Assembly: GCF_006345805.1 (NCBI RefSeq)
Contig: NC_043005.1
Coordinates: forward strand, 91,512,001-91,576,000
From: Octopus sinensis
Taxonomy: Eukaryota
DNA: 64,000 nt
Direction: 5' to 3'
In this document: positions 52,921-64,000 of the stretch, piece by piece
Numbering within the stretch: position 1 is the stretch's first letter
How the letters are laid out: every line of letters starts with the position of its first letter
Program-made: the position numbers and the translations under genes
The notes under the pieces: generated by a model
Databases searched by the model: none
What the model saw: the letters and a program-made list of their open reading frames with translations, nothing else
Told to the model about the DNA's origin: nothing

Positions 52921-53899
52921 CACACACATATAGAGAGAACAAACTTAGCATATTTTTTATCAAAATGTTGGTGGGTAGTAGTAGAATCAGAAGAGCACTG
53001 GACAAAATATGTCCTTTCAGGTTGATTTATCCTAATATTTGGCTGAATTTTATCAACTATACTCATCTGGTTATGTGCTTGTTAAAAATTATTAAAAATG
53101 AAACTATTATTATTATTATATAGGACAGTGGGGTGGGCAAAATCTGTAGAGCATTGGTTGACATCCTGCCAAGGTCATCCATTTTTCCTTGAATTTTTAT
53201 GAAGTACTGATCAAGTACTGGGGTTGATTTAGTTGATTAACCCTTTCTGACCTTATGTCTTTGATAAGAATTTATTTATTACATATTATTTTAACCTCTG
53301 GTAATAAACAAGAAATTCGTTTTGAATTCCAATTGAAACAATTTCACTTGTACTGCTAATTATTTTGAGAAAGGCATGAACATCACAGTATCTTAATGTT
53401 TTTTTTGTCTCTTTCAAACATAATAATGGAGGCCTTGTGTCTGTTCAAAATAGAAAACTAAAATAAGAATGATATTTGGACAAGTCCTACCATCTTATAT
53501 TTGTTGGTAAATCTAATAAAAACTTGTACATAATTGACAACAAAACATTAATTTTGAGACTCCTTCATAATATATCTCATTACTATTTTTGTTTTTTCAA
53601 GCTTACATTTTTTGGGACATTTGTTTCTTTGTTAATTACTTTTTGTCCCTTCTTTCCTTACTAATCCTGTTAACATACTCCCCACCCGTTTTACTTCCTC
53701 TTGCATATGGGCCTTGTGGTTTGTCTTTAGCTGGTTGTCAATATCTTCCCCAACCCATTATTTTTCTGGTAGACCAATAATGATTTTTTTTGTATATATT
53801 TGAAATAAAAAAATTTAAATAAATTATTTGGCTGGACTTCAGATTTATTGTGTTGATATTTAATCACTTGAAAGCATTTGCTGTCATTGTTGATCTTAA

Positions 53900-54920
53900 G
53901 GTTCTTTTTAAACCCAATAAGATTTTCTAGACTGTGTGACGCATGTGTATGAACAGCCGTGAAACATGGGCCTGTGACTGGTGAGGATATGTGTAAGCTC
54001 GCAAGGAATGAAGCCAGTATGATCCTATGGATGTGTAATGTCAGTGTGCATACTCGACAGATTGTAAGTACCTTGAGAGAAATGTTGGACCTAAGAAACA
54101 TCAGATGTGGTGTTCAAGAGAGACGACTGCGCTAGTATGGTCATGTGGCGAGAATGGATGAGGACAGCTGTGTGAAAAAGTGCCACACCCTAGCAGTTGA
54201 GGGAACCTGTGGAAGAGGTAGACCCAGGAAGACCTGGGTTGAAGTGGTGAAGCAAGACCTTCGAACTTAGGGCCTCACCGAGGAAATGACTAGAGACCGA
54301 GACTTTTGGAAATATGCCGTGCGTGAGAAGACCCGGCAAGCCAAATGAGACCATAATCTCGTGGCCTATACCAAGGGCGTTACCAGCCCACTTATGTGTA
54401 CCTTTTCCTTCTTTGGACACTAAAACTCTGCTTGCGAAGACCTGTTGAGACAAGTGAAATCAAAAATCAAATTCGATGACTGGCGTCTGTGCTAGCGGGG
54501 TGCAAAGAGCACCATACGAGTGTGATCATTGACAGAGCGGCTAGCCGGCTTCTGTGCCAGTGACACTTAAAAGGCACCATTCGAGCGTGATCATTACCAG
54601 CGTTGCCTTACTGGTGCTTGAGCCCTGTGCTAGTAGGGTATTAGGAGCACCATCTGAGCATGATCGTTGCCAGAGCGGCTATCTGGCCTCCGTGCAGGTG
54701 GCATGTAAAAGACACGATTCGAGCATGGCCGTTGTCAGTACCGCCTGACTGGTCCCGTGCCGGTGGCACATAAAAGCACCCACTACACTCTCAGAGTGGT
54801 TGGCGTTAGGAAAGGCATCCAGCTGTAGAAACTCTGCCAGATCAAGACTGAAGCCTGGTGCAGCCCTCAGTCATTTGTCTAACCCATGCTAGCATGAAAA
54901 GCGGACGTTGAATGATGTTA
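53900..54920 (+). mobile_element. RTE LINE 3' part downstream of RPB1
   Basis: Same family as 27180-28498: RT C-terminal remnants, 3'UTR subrepeats and tail gcggacgttgaatgatg. Confidence 0.88.
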
Positions 54921-56399
54921 GCAAATACCCAACCTTGATAAAAAATGTATCCTACACCTATGCATACAGACAATGTGCGTTTGTTGATTACATCACAAAA
55001 GAAGTAAAGGAAGTGCCCTAAAACGTTTCAACTAACGAGTGGTTTTTCAAACTGAAAATGTATGATATGTGAAATTTTCTTGGCTTCCACATTTTATTAA
55101 TGAGATGGCAAAATAAATTGCATCTATATAATTCTTTCTTCACCATACTTTTCCATACTTGCATGAAGGGGGAAATAATTTGTCGAGGTGGATTTTGTAT
55201 GGTCAGAAGCTCTTGTTGCCAAGCAAGATGACAGTTTTCCATGACCAGAGAAGTTTTCATAGATTTGAAATGGACACTGCTTACATGATGGAAAAAAACT
55301 TGTTTAAAACGTATCGTGTGGTCAAGGCAAGGAGACAGTAATGCACATGAACAGGACAAGCTCTTTCCTTCTACCGAATCCACTCACTAGACTTAGGTTG
55401 GCCCGAGGTTATAGCAGAAGACATTTGCCCAAAGTGCTACACAGTGTGCTTGGAAAGCAAACTTCTTGCAACAGCCACACCTGTACCTATTCTAATATGA
55501 ATATTAAAAGGTAAAAGGATATTTTTATGCGTTTATGAACACTTGAGGTTTAAGTATACATTAAGCACATTTGTGTTTCAACACTACAAATTTGATGAAT
55601 CAGTGATGGAGCTTAAAATAGCAACCAAATCTTTACTGTTCTGGAAAAGGGCTAAACACAATCATCATTTTAATGGCCACTTTTCCATGCTTGCATGGGT
55701 GGTTGGATAGAGTTCATCAAGGCAGATTTTTTTGTGGTTGGATGCCTCCTTTTTCTATCACCAGCCTTCATCCGTTTCTAAGCAAGGTGATATTTCTCCA
55801 TAATTGGATGTTTCCACAGCAGATTGGAAATGATTTCTATCATTTGTATAGATGGTGACTAAGTTTACTATCACATGATGTTGAGACAAGGTGACAAACG
55901 CATTTATGTACACAACAGGTCTCACTGTGTGGTACCTGGACCAAGTGTCTTCTACAATACCATGGTTTTATGAATATATTTGGTTGAAGGAAACTGTATG
56001 AGTGTGCATCTTTGTGTTTGTCTCTTGGTACTTGATAAGCGATTTGTGGCCCAAAAAAGATTGATTGAAAATTGCAAACCCAAAAATAGTACTGGAGACG
56101 ATTTGCGATCATCTAAACTCTTCTGAGTGGTGCTCCAGTATGGCTGCCGCCCAGTAAGTGAAAGAATAAAATGTGCTGTATATTTTTGAAATTTGGTGTA
56201 AGAATTCCGACCAATATTTTGTTGTGGAACGTCTTTGATATGAGGCAAATCTTAATTAAAAGATAAGTTAAATTATAGTTTTTCAAAAATATCAATATTA
56301 TTTAGCTTGTAACGATATGTGTTCGAGTGTTACACTTTAACCAACGTAAAGCTAAGGAGAAATATTTAATATTGTAAATGTGAATGAAGATGTGTAGAT

Positions 56400-56700
56400 T
56401 TATGCATTAAAATAGCAGTTATTAAACATAGAACTTCCGAGGGTTCTGTGAGTCATTGATATGTTTAGCGGTATACATTCAACCAGTTAACATTCCAGAT
56501 ATGGACATGCTGCTTGGAAGTTCACCTCACTATTACGTAGCTTCCGATTCAGTCCCATTATTGGATGTCTTTAGCGTCTTCTATCATAGTCCCAAGTTGA
56601 GAAGAGCAAATGATGCGAGAGAAAGTTGAAAGAACGTCTTCTAACGGTCTAATCGACAGACAATACTTCGGCTACAAACCATCTCCTGTGTGTTTCTAAA
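56400..56700 (-). mobile_element. possible I/Nimb-group LINE RT remnant
   Basis: Minus frame FRNTQE...TWDYDRRR*RHPIMGLNRKLRN..NF loosely resembles the GFRK..ST...DTTW.YGI..DL...GLRG.L..FI.NFL block. Confidence 0.3.
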
Positions 56701-56715
56701 CTATCCATTCATTTT

Positions 56716-57730
56716 TTTTTTAACAAAACTGTATAAAATTATTTTACTTTTTACAGTTTATGTAGAATTTTTTTTCTTCTTCGAATAATACAGGCGTTAT
56801 ATATCTTTCTACAATTGAAATAATTTTAATGCGCAATTAATTCAAATGATTAAAAATTGTCGGCAAAATAAGTTTAATACCGTAGGAATTCTTCAGTTGG
56901 ACGGCATCTTACATAAATCTTTCCGTCTGATCTAAAGATGCAGAAGCGGGATTCGTCGCTCCAAAGTACTTTCGACCCGTCTTCAGCCGTCCATTCAATT
57001 TAGCTTTTAGTAAACTTGATCCGCTTACGCCGGTTCGTCTCAGAAATTGTCAGTTTCTTTCGAGCGATCCAGCCGAACAGTCCAAATTCTTTAGACGGTT
57101 TCAGACCAGTTTGTGGTGTAAATCTGATGTCAGTTTCATCAGATAGTTGCTTGCAAATATCCACTGCTGTTAGCATTTGGTTACCTTCAGAGAGCATATG
57201 AATTCGCCGATCCATCTGTACTGTTGTATTTCTCGGAGCGCCCGCTCTTTGCCGATCTTTGTATTTTTCAGTTGCTTGGTAAAGATTCCATGCTTGAACA
57301 CAAGCCGTTTTGCTGCATCCAAATTGGTTGCTAATGTTCATGAAAGACACATTTTGCTGATGAAGCAACACGATCTTTGATCTAGTAACTGGGCTGACAC
57401 TACGACGCTTTCCCAGAGTGAATTAATGTGTAACAATGCTCGATTATTAAACAAAACAGTGCAGTACGACCAGCCATTTGGTTTATTAATTTGCATAATC
57501 TTAGTACGGTCCTTAAACTTATTTTGCCAACAATCTTTAATCATTTGAATTAATTGTGCGTTAAAATTATTCGAATTGTAGAAAGATATATAACGCCTGT
57601 ATTATTCGAAGAAGAAAAAAAATTCTACATAAACTGTAAGAAGTAAAATAATTTTATACAGTTTTGTTAAAAATATATTTATGAAGGAATAGAACTGTCT
57701 TTATCGGCCTTAAACTTATTTTGGCCAGTG
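56716..57730 (-). mobile_element. internally deleted Tc1-family transposon with long IR/DR-type TIRs
   Basis: Inverted repeats 56716-56884 and 57505-57673; outer end ...AAACTTATTTTGGCCAGTG at 57730. Transposase remnant with HTH, ARKK...NRRKRIKF and EWTAEDGSKVLWSDESRF (first catalytic D). Confidence 0.85.
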
Positions 57731-58720
57731 TTTATTTTAAAATAACCTCAAACTAAATAAGTTCGTCATTTCTTTACACTTTCTGTAATAGATATATACT
57801 TCTTTTCAAGTGATGTAAAATTTTGTCCAAGTCGAGAAAGAGTTCTGAGTAAGAAAGCGTCAAATTTATTATACTGTGAAAGGACACTTAAACTTGTAGT
57901 TACAGAAGCATCCCTCTCAGTATGTAGTGGAACTTCTGGTCGAATTGATGATGCAGAGATATTAACTACTGAAGTTTGAATTAGATGGATAGCATACAAT
58001 GTTTGAAGTGGAAAAGTACAGTTTAGTTGGGGTTGAATTCAATCTTAGAAAAGAAATACCCGTGGTCGTAGTTGTTTAGCATTGATAGAAGTCGGATACA
58101 CAACGAGGGCTTTCAATCTTTTCAGATCAGGTTGCGGAAAATAATTTTCTCTTTTGTATCCTAGGTTACAAATGGATGTTTGGTAGAGCAGATATTTGCC
58201 ATTGTTCAATGTAATGTTGAGTCTTAGCAACTGAAATAAATTAAGTCAAGTTCTGATCGTACTCCACAATAGCCTTTCCAATGATAATAACACTAAGACA
58301 AGCATGATCTTCTTTGATATCATTGTCTTTTATTATCTCAATAATCACTCTTTAGAAAACACTTACAGCATTGGTCACACCAGAAGAAACCTTGTAAATT
58401 GGGACAAACGTATATCAGCTTGAAATGCTGCGAGTCTTCGAAATATAGAATCATTTGATGGTATGCTGTTTTTAGGTCCAGTTTCGCACCTTGAAGGCCG
58501 TAGCAGTTTATAAAGGAGTTGCTGTTACTGTGCTTGGCTTGGAGAGACGAAGAGTACATCATCGTCGTCGTTGTCGTCACCGCTGCCGCAGCCGCCAACT
58601 CCGCCACCACCACCACCACCACCATCGTCATCATGAAGAAGAAGAAGGAGAAATCTTTTAACTTCCTTTTAAATAAACTTTTCAAGTGGAGCGGAAATTC
58701 TGTAGCACTTGGTTTCAAAT
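57731..58720 (-). mobile_element. Ty3/Gypsy pol remnant (RT to RNase H)
   Basis: KLDLKTAYHQ; PDLKRLKALVVYP..NAKQLR; ..DAS...SVLSQ...AFLLRTL...EKK.ISITESVKK*R.YL. Many stops and frameshifts. Confidence 0.8.
58550..58650. repeat. compound trinucleotide microsatellite (CAT/CGT/GCC/CAC/AAG)
   Basis: catcatcgtcgtcgttgtcgtcaccgctgccgcagccgcc...caccaccaccaccatcgtcatcatgaagaagaagaag. Confidence 0.9.
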
Positions 58721-59069
58721 CATTGTAAAATACGTGGCATGAGGCACCAACAGTTGAGTATCAGAAAGAATTAGTTTAAGAAATTCACATCTGGAAATTT
58801 TCAAGAAACACAAGTTAAGGAAAACATTTGTAGTGATCCTATATAACGGTGCGCGCTCGCGCACCGTCCATTTCTGTTTCGCGCGTGCGGGGTTGGTGCT
58901 TTCACCACCGGAAGAAGGACCATTTGCCTACGTGGCAGTTTAGCCGCGAGGCAAGGGGAGCGTAGGACGTTGACCACCAGCGTCCAGTAGGCAGTGACTT
59001 GAGACACAGCTATCGAAGGTACAAGACGTGTGGTTCTCTCTCTGTCCGGATTTGATAGCAGCAGTCAGA

Positions 59070-60300
59070 CTTTTCATAGAAGAAGACGCTTATTATCTTC
59101 GTTTCCCCCTGACATTTGTTGCCGACCACATCATCTTCTCCCTAATCGGACGCCATCTTGACCAGTGTCGTTTGCATTTGAACACTGTAAATTCTACAGC
59201 GATAAAGTTCAGCTCTGACACATCCATACCAAAGGGATACCAGATACACCACTTATTTGTTACTGTCATAAGAGAATAAAGTAGATATATATTTTTTACG
59301 TCTGCGTCTTGTTGTTTCTGACTGGTGGAATCTGGATATTAAAGCAACGGAAAGTGATTGCACCAACTGCACCCAAAAAGTGCAGAGAAGCCGTTCACTT
59401 TCGTTACACATTTAAATGTATACTTTCGTAAAACTGAAGCAATCAGGCCAAATCAAAGACCTTGCTAAGCCTCTGCATTTCTCTGAGTAGCTTTCTGACA
59501 ACAAGTTTGCAAGACTGTTCCAAATTCAATGAATAGTTCTTGAGGATTCTTTGTCGAATGCAGCTAGAAGGGGTCCCGGAAATGAATGAATTTCTTATGT
59601 TTTTCTCTCGGCATATATAGGTAGTGAGAAACTAAAATTTGTTGCGTTCGGTGATGATGCGTAGAAATGTAACATAACTTTGAAAGGTAATTAAGATACA
59701 CTTGGTTGCTATAAAGATCTGCAAAACAATGTAACTCTCTGTTTAAGATAATCTCTACAATATTGTAGTTGAAGAACTCTGCAATATGGTTGAAGATTAA
59801 AGCTGAGATGGAATTAGTACGTAGAGTGAGTCTTTGTTATTCAGTTTAGTCAAAATTTCGGAATGTAGTTTTCCAGTGTAGTCACTTCTTGCCTCTGTCT
59901 GATGAAGTGTTATCAATGAAATGTAGTCGAAAACATTTTTCCATTATTGTTACTGGTGTAACAGGTAATGCACATTTATTCCAGTAACAATGGTAAGTAT
60001 AAGTCAAAGAGAATTTGTTGATATCAATGAATTTTAATGACTCTCAGGAGATGTAAGATCTGACGTTTCAGTCCAAGATACTTTGATGTCGATATCTGTC
60101 GAAGAACATTAATTCAAAACAGGATTTTCCCAATCCTATCAGTTACAAATTGGCAAAGTCATTAGAATGTTGGACGTAACGCCTTGGGATATTTCTTCAG
60201 GCTCATTGCGTTTTGAGATCAAACCCTGTCAAAGTCAATATAGTCACATTTTCCAGAGTCGATAAATAAAGCGCCAGTCATGGAGGCTGGACTGTCAGAA
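59070..60300 (-). mobile_element. highly degenerate Rex1/Babar- or L2-like LINE RT
   Basis: Minus-strand remnants ALPVTPVTIMEKCFRL (compare RPVALT..IMKCFERL), LNNKDSLYV..HLSFNLQP (compare HLD....VR..F.D.SSAFNTIQP) and CQKATQR. Confidence 0.5.
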
Positions 60301-60559
60301 ACGTTAGAGCGTCGGGTAAGAAGCTTGCCTTTTGCAGTGTTCATTTCGTTTCCATGTGCTCTATTCAAATTTCGCAAAGGCCTGTTTCGGTGGTAGGCTT
60401 AATCAGTCGACCGATTTAACATCCGGTCCTTGGGTACCTTAGCGGACTCACTTTGCTGCAATTATATTCGAACCAGACCACTCAAAAATAACAATGAAGA
60501 TTCAAGGGACATTCATATTATTAAGTAGGCGCTCAAAGAAGGAAAAAATGTTATCGTGT

Positions 60560-60642
60560 AAAAGTGTATTGTTTCGGACATATTCCTTCATCGAATACTA
60601 GAGGGAAGTCCAGGAAGAGACAAAGAAAACAGGAAAGGAGAT

Positions 60643-60725
<83 letters not shown>

Positions 60726-61100
60726 TGATAAAAAAAACGTGGAACACAATGAGAAACGAAAACATGAAAACAAAAACATAGAAATGAACTTTTTTTCAAA
60801 CAACGAAAAAAAACAGAGTACAGGACATACAACACAAGGAATATTCCCCCTTCTTCAGTTGTATCTGTTTCATCTACTCCGCGTATAAGTGTGTGTGTGT
60901 GTGTATATGTGTATATCCATATGTAGTTCAAATTTACAAAAAACGAAGACAGGTGAAGGAACAACAAGCAGGTGTATTAGTTTAACGCTCGGGAAGAATG
61001 GAAAAGTATTTGACGTTTCGAGCCTACGCTCTTCGACAGAAAGGATTAAGAGGGGGAAAAAAGAGAGAGGGAAAATGTGTAGGGATTAACGATTCAACAT
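60560..61100 (-). mobile_element. Penelope-like pseudo-LTR fragments separated by (TA)n/(TG)n
   Basis: Minus-strand CTG.CGAAGAGC-GTAG-GCTCGAAACGTC, CTGAAGAAGGGG and CGATGAAGG..CCGAAAC motifs. A related fragment lies at about 21995-22070. Confidence 0.55.
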
Positions 61101-61319
61101 GATAAAATGGTTGGAAAATATATATTGTTATATCTAGGGATGGTCATATTTTTGTCAATTAACCACACGCATTATATACTTGGTCTTCACTTCAGCTTCT
61201 TATTTTAGTGTCCTTTGTCTGAAATCTTTCGTCACACATCTTCTGTAACCTCATCAACTGCTCTCCATCCTACGTGTCTCCTCATGTTCTCTTTAGTTCA
61301 TTTTGTCTTTCTGAAAGAC

Positions 61320-61786
61320 AGAATGTGACGAAAGATGTCAAAGGACGGCATTTCCCAATCCAAACAGATCAGGTGTTGGAACATAACAGAGCGGACCTAG
61401 TGGTGGTGGACAAGGTGCACCACATATGCTGCATGGCTGATGTTGCATGCCCCTTCGACCCAGGAATAGTCAAGTGGGAAGGCGGAAAGATAGATAAATA
61501 TAACCCCCTTAAGTACGAAATAGCCCGGCTATGGAAAATGGAGACGGTGACGATAGAGCTAATTATTGTTGGGTCCTTGAGAAAAGTATCAGATTTCAAG
61601 ATAAAGGAAGTTGGAATAGAATGCCAAGGAAAACTGCTACAAAAGGTTTGCTATCTTGGCATGGCCAGAATAACCAGGAAAGTAGTAGATAGCTGGAAAA
61701 AAAGGACAAAAAAACGGATAGGATCTTACCGTAGCCCCGCTACACATGCAAGACTCCAGGAGCTCCAAAAACCTGTGATAAAGAGA

Positions 61787-61827
<41 letters not shown>
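61320..61827 (+). mobile_element. 5'-truncated R4/Dong-like non-LTR element (restriction-like endonuclease end) with an (AAT)n tail
   Basis: TDQVLEHNRADLVVVDK...DVACPFD...KIDKY..LKYEIARLWKM...IVGSL...LQKVCYLGMARITRKV; (AAT)n at about 61786-61827. Confidence 0.85.
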
Positions 61828-61828
<1 letters not shown>

Positions 61829-62739
61829 GCTGAAGTGAAGACCAAATATATAGTGCCCCAAATATATCAATATCTGTTTCAATACACGCTTTCGCATCAG
61901 GAATCTTGCAAAATAAACACACAAGCATGTGTGTGTATACACACACACACACACATATAATACATATGAAAGAAGTTGAAAACATGGGAATTCGAAGAAA
62001 TTTTTTGAGGTTAAAAAAACAAAAAGGGCTCTCATATTCTACTGTTTAGAATTAAGCAAGTAATTTCATTGTTTAGTGGATTATTTTTATTTTATTTTAT
62101 CACTTAGAGGAATTGCCATTTATTATAATTTATCAATTAACTCTTTCAAGCCTGAATTATTTCTTTATTCAGAAAAAAAAAGGAAAAAAGCTTTTATGGT
62201 TTAACGTAGCTCGTGTAGTGAATTGATCCTAACAAAGTAACATAACCACAAGCAAAATCGTACATTGAGGTCAGAATTTTGTAAAATTACCATTTCAAGA
62301 GTAACTTTAATAACTTTTTACATGATATACCAAACTGCAAGTGATGTGGAATATGACTTCTTAGAAATCTTTATTACAGATGGCGCTGTTCAACATGTCT
62401 TCAACATTCAGTATTATTCTGATCATAAACCTGATGAAGATGAGGAATATGACAGCTTCGTGTTTCTGCCATACACATTATTTTCCAGTTGTCTGATTTA
62501 AACTCACTGTCGCATCAGGTACTTAAACGTTCATAAGTGATATTATAGATCTGAATGGGTTAAAAATTTTCATTTTTTCAGGATAATAAAATTAAATGAA
62601 TTGTCGACTGTCCGCCGAGACTGAAAAAATGTTTTCTTTTATTTCAAAAACTGAGTTAATAAGATTATGAGACAAACCGACAAACTGACAATATATGGAA
62701 AGCAACAAGCAATGGTAATTCTTTTTGAACCGAAATCGA

Positions 62740-62990
62740 GAAATCGACAGAAAACAAGTGATGCTAATTTTTTTGCCCCATATAACATTGCTGACATTGT
62801 TATATGGTGCAGAGACGTGGGGGCTGAGAGAAGCGGAAAGGAGGCGACCAGAAGTGGTAGACAGACCTCGGTTTGCGTGGATGGATGGAGTGAGGAAAGC
62901 TTTGGTGGTTAGGTGTTGGAGTGTGAGAGCAAGAGAGTTTATAAATGATAGGAAAGCTTGGAGAGTGTTTGGAGATGGATGATTGAATTT
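62740..62990 (+). mobile_element. RTE LINE fragment
   Basis: TLLYGAETW...RPRFAWMDGV...DRKAWR. Confidence 0.7.
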
Positions 62991-64000
62991 GATGTTGCTC
63001 AATGGGATACAGAACCAGCACAAGCTGTCGGGCCCCATTGCTGATATTGGGGGTTGCGTTCAATGCCTTGACCCGAGCATAGAACGGGACTCGCCTTTTT
63101 GAGCTGGGAAATGACTGGAATGCCTAGTGTATATCTTGTTGCAGCTACCTCTTCATAAAAAAAAGGGGAATAGGCCTGGGTACATAGATATAAATCTTTG
63201 TTTTGAGAGAAGGCAAACAAAGGCTCTGTGACAATAGCAACCGGCTTTCAAGAATCAAGAAATTATCCGGAATTGACATGCCATTAAGAGGATAGGTTTG
63301 GACTCACGTTTCTGTGTGAAACTCTGTCATTAGTAGAGGAATTGTTCTATCACAACTCCAATAGACACACGTTGCCAATTATGTTGAACCATACTCTTTA
63401 AAAAAGTTGAAGAACATAAAGGAAAGTTATGTAGAGCTCTCGGCTTGTTAGCTCCAATTTATGACATAGCAACATAAGAACTCTGGGCAATAAGCATGTC
63501 TAAAGCTCTAACGAATACCACAAGTTTTCCTCCGCACAAATCTACTTTTATTGAAAAGACAATGAAAATAGGCTGTAGCTCTAGAATACTCCATTCAACT
63601 TTATATTATTTGTAAACATCGATGTTTTAACTTTTAGCTGTTTAGTGAATCATAATTTAGTAAGTTAAGAGGGAATAAATTATAGTTCTTCATACTTGAG
63701 TAAGTCGAAATGAAATGTGGTCAGAGCCAGATGTTTTCCCGTATTCTAGACATACTACCACTAAACGACAAGAAGGTTGTTTTACTTTTCTTGAGAACCA
63801 TTTCTGAGAATTTGAACAATGGATGGTAACCTCAACTTACAAAACGTTTAGCATTTGTACAGGCGGACACGAGCAGTTAGCAGCAACAAAAACAACAGAT
63901 CTTAAATAAAACTACAACATAAAAAAAAGTCAAACAAAACATTTAACTAAACGGATATGCTTGAACCGGTTTCTATCTCTCTGGTGTTTGTTACAATGAC

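Noticed and set aside
62265-62501. Acidic 78-aa ORF (SDVEYD...PDEDEEYD)
   Set aside because: Vaguely like a piggyBac N-terminus or an exon, but I found no catalytic motifs, TIRs or convincing splice sites.

Overview
This is AT-rich eukaryotic genomic DNA. Its repeat families and (TA)n/(CA)n/(ATC)n microsatellites point to a coleoid cephalopod, probably Octopus (inference). It holds two + strand spliced genes. (1) The 3' end of a DNAJC1-like gene: five coding exons at 1066-5312 encoding two SANT domains, followed by a probable 3'UTR intron. (2) A complete RNA polymerase II largest-subunit gene (RPB1/POLR2A) that I assembled by hand: 26 coding exons at 16935-51940, 5823 nt, 1940 aa, with every junction frame-consistent. 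It has one GC-AG intron, a TATA/Inr/YY1-like core promoter and a CTD of about 47-50 heptads. The rest is mostly transposon debris: RTE and BovB-like LINEs, CR1, R4/Dong-like and Rex1/Babar-like LINEs, tRNA-derived SINEs, Helitrons, hAT and Mutator/Merlin-like MITEs, a Tc1 element of IR/DR type inserted into a Gypsy pol remnant, and Penelope-like fragments with hammerhead-like cores. I found no clearly novel multi-gene system. The best leads are the serine-codon pattern in the CTD, the MITE upstream of RPB1 carrying telomere-like repeats, the hammerhead-like cluster, a possible Helitron end-bypass chimera and an unexplained CpG-rich structured island. Family names come from motif recognition, not database searches, and repeat boundaries are approximate unless TSDs are given.
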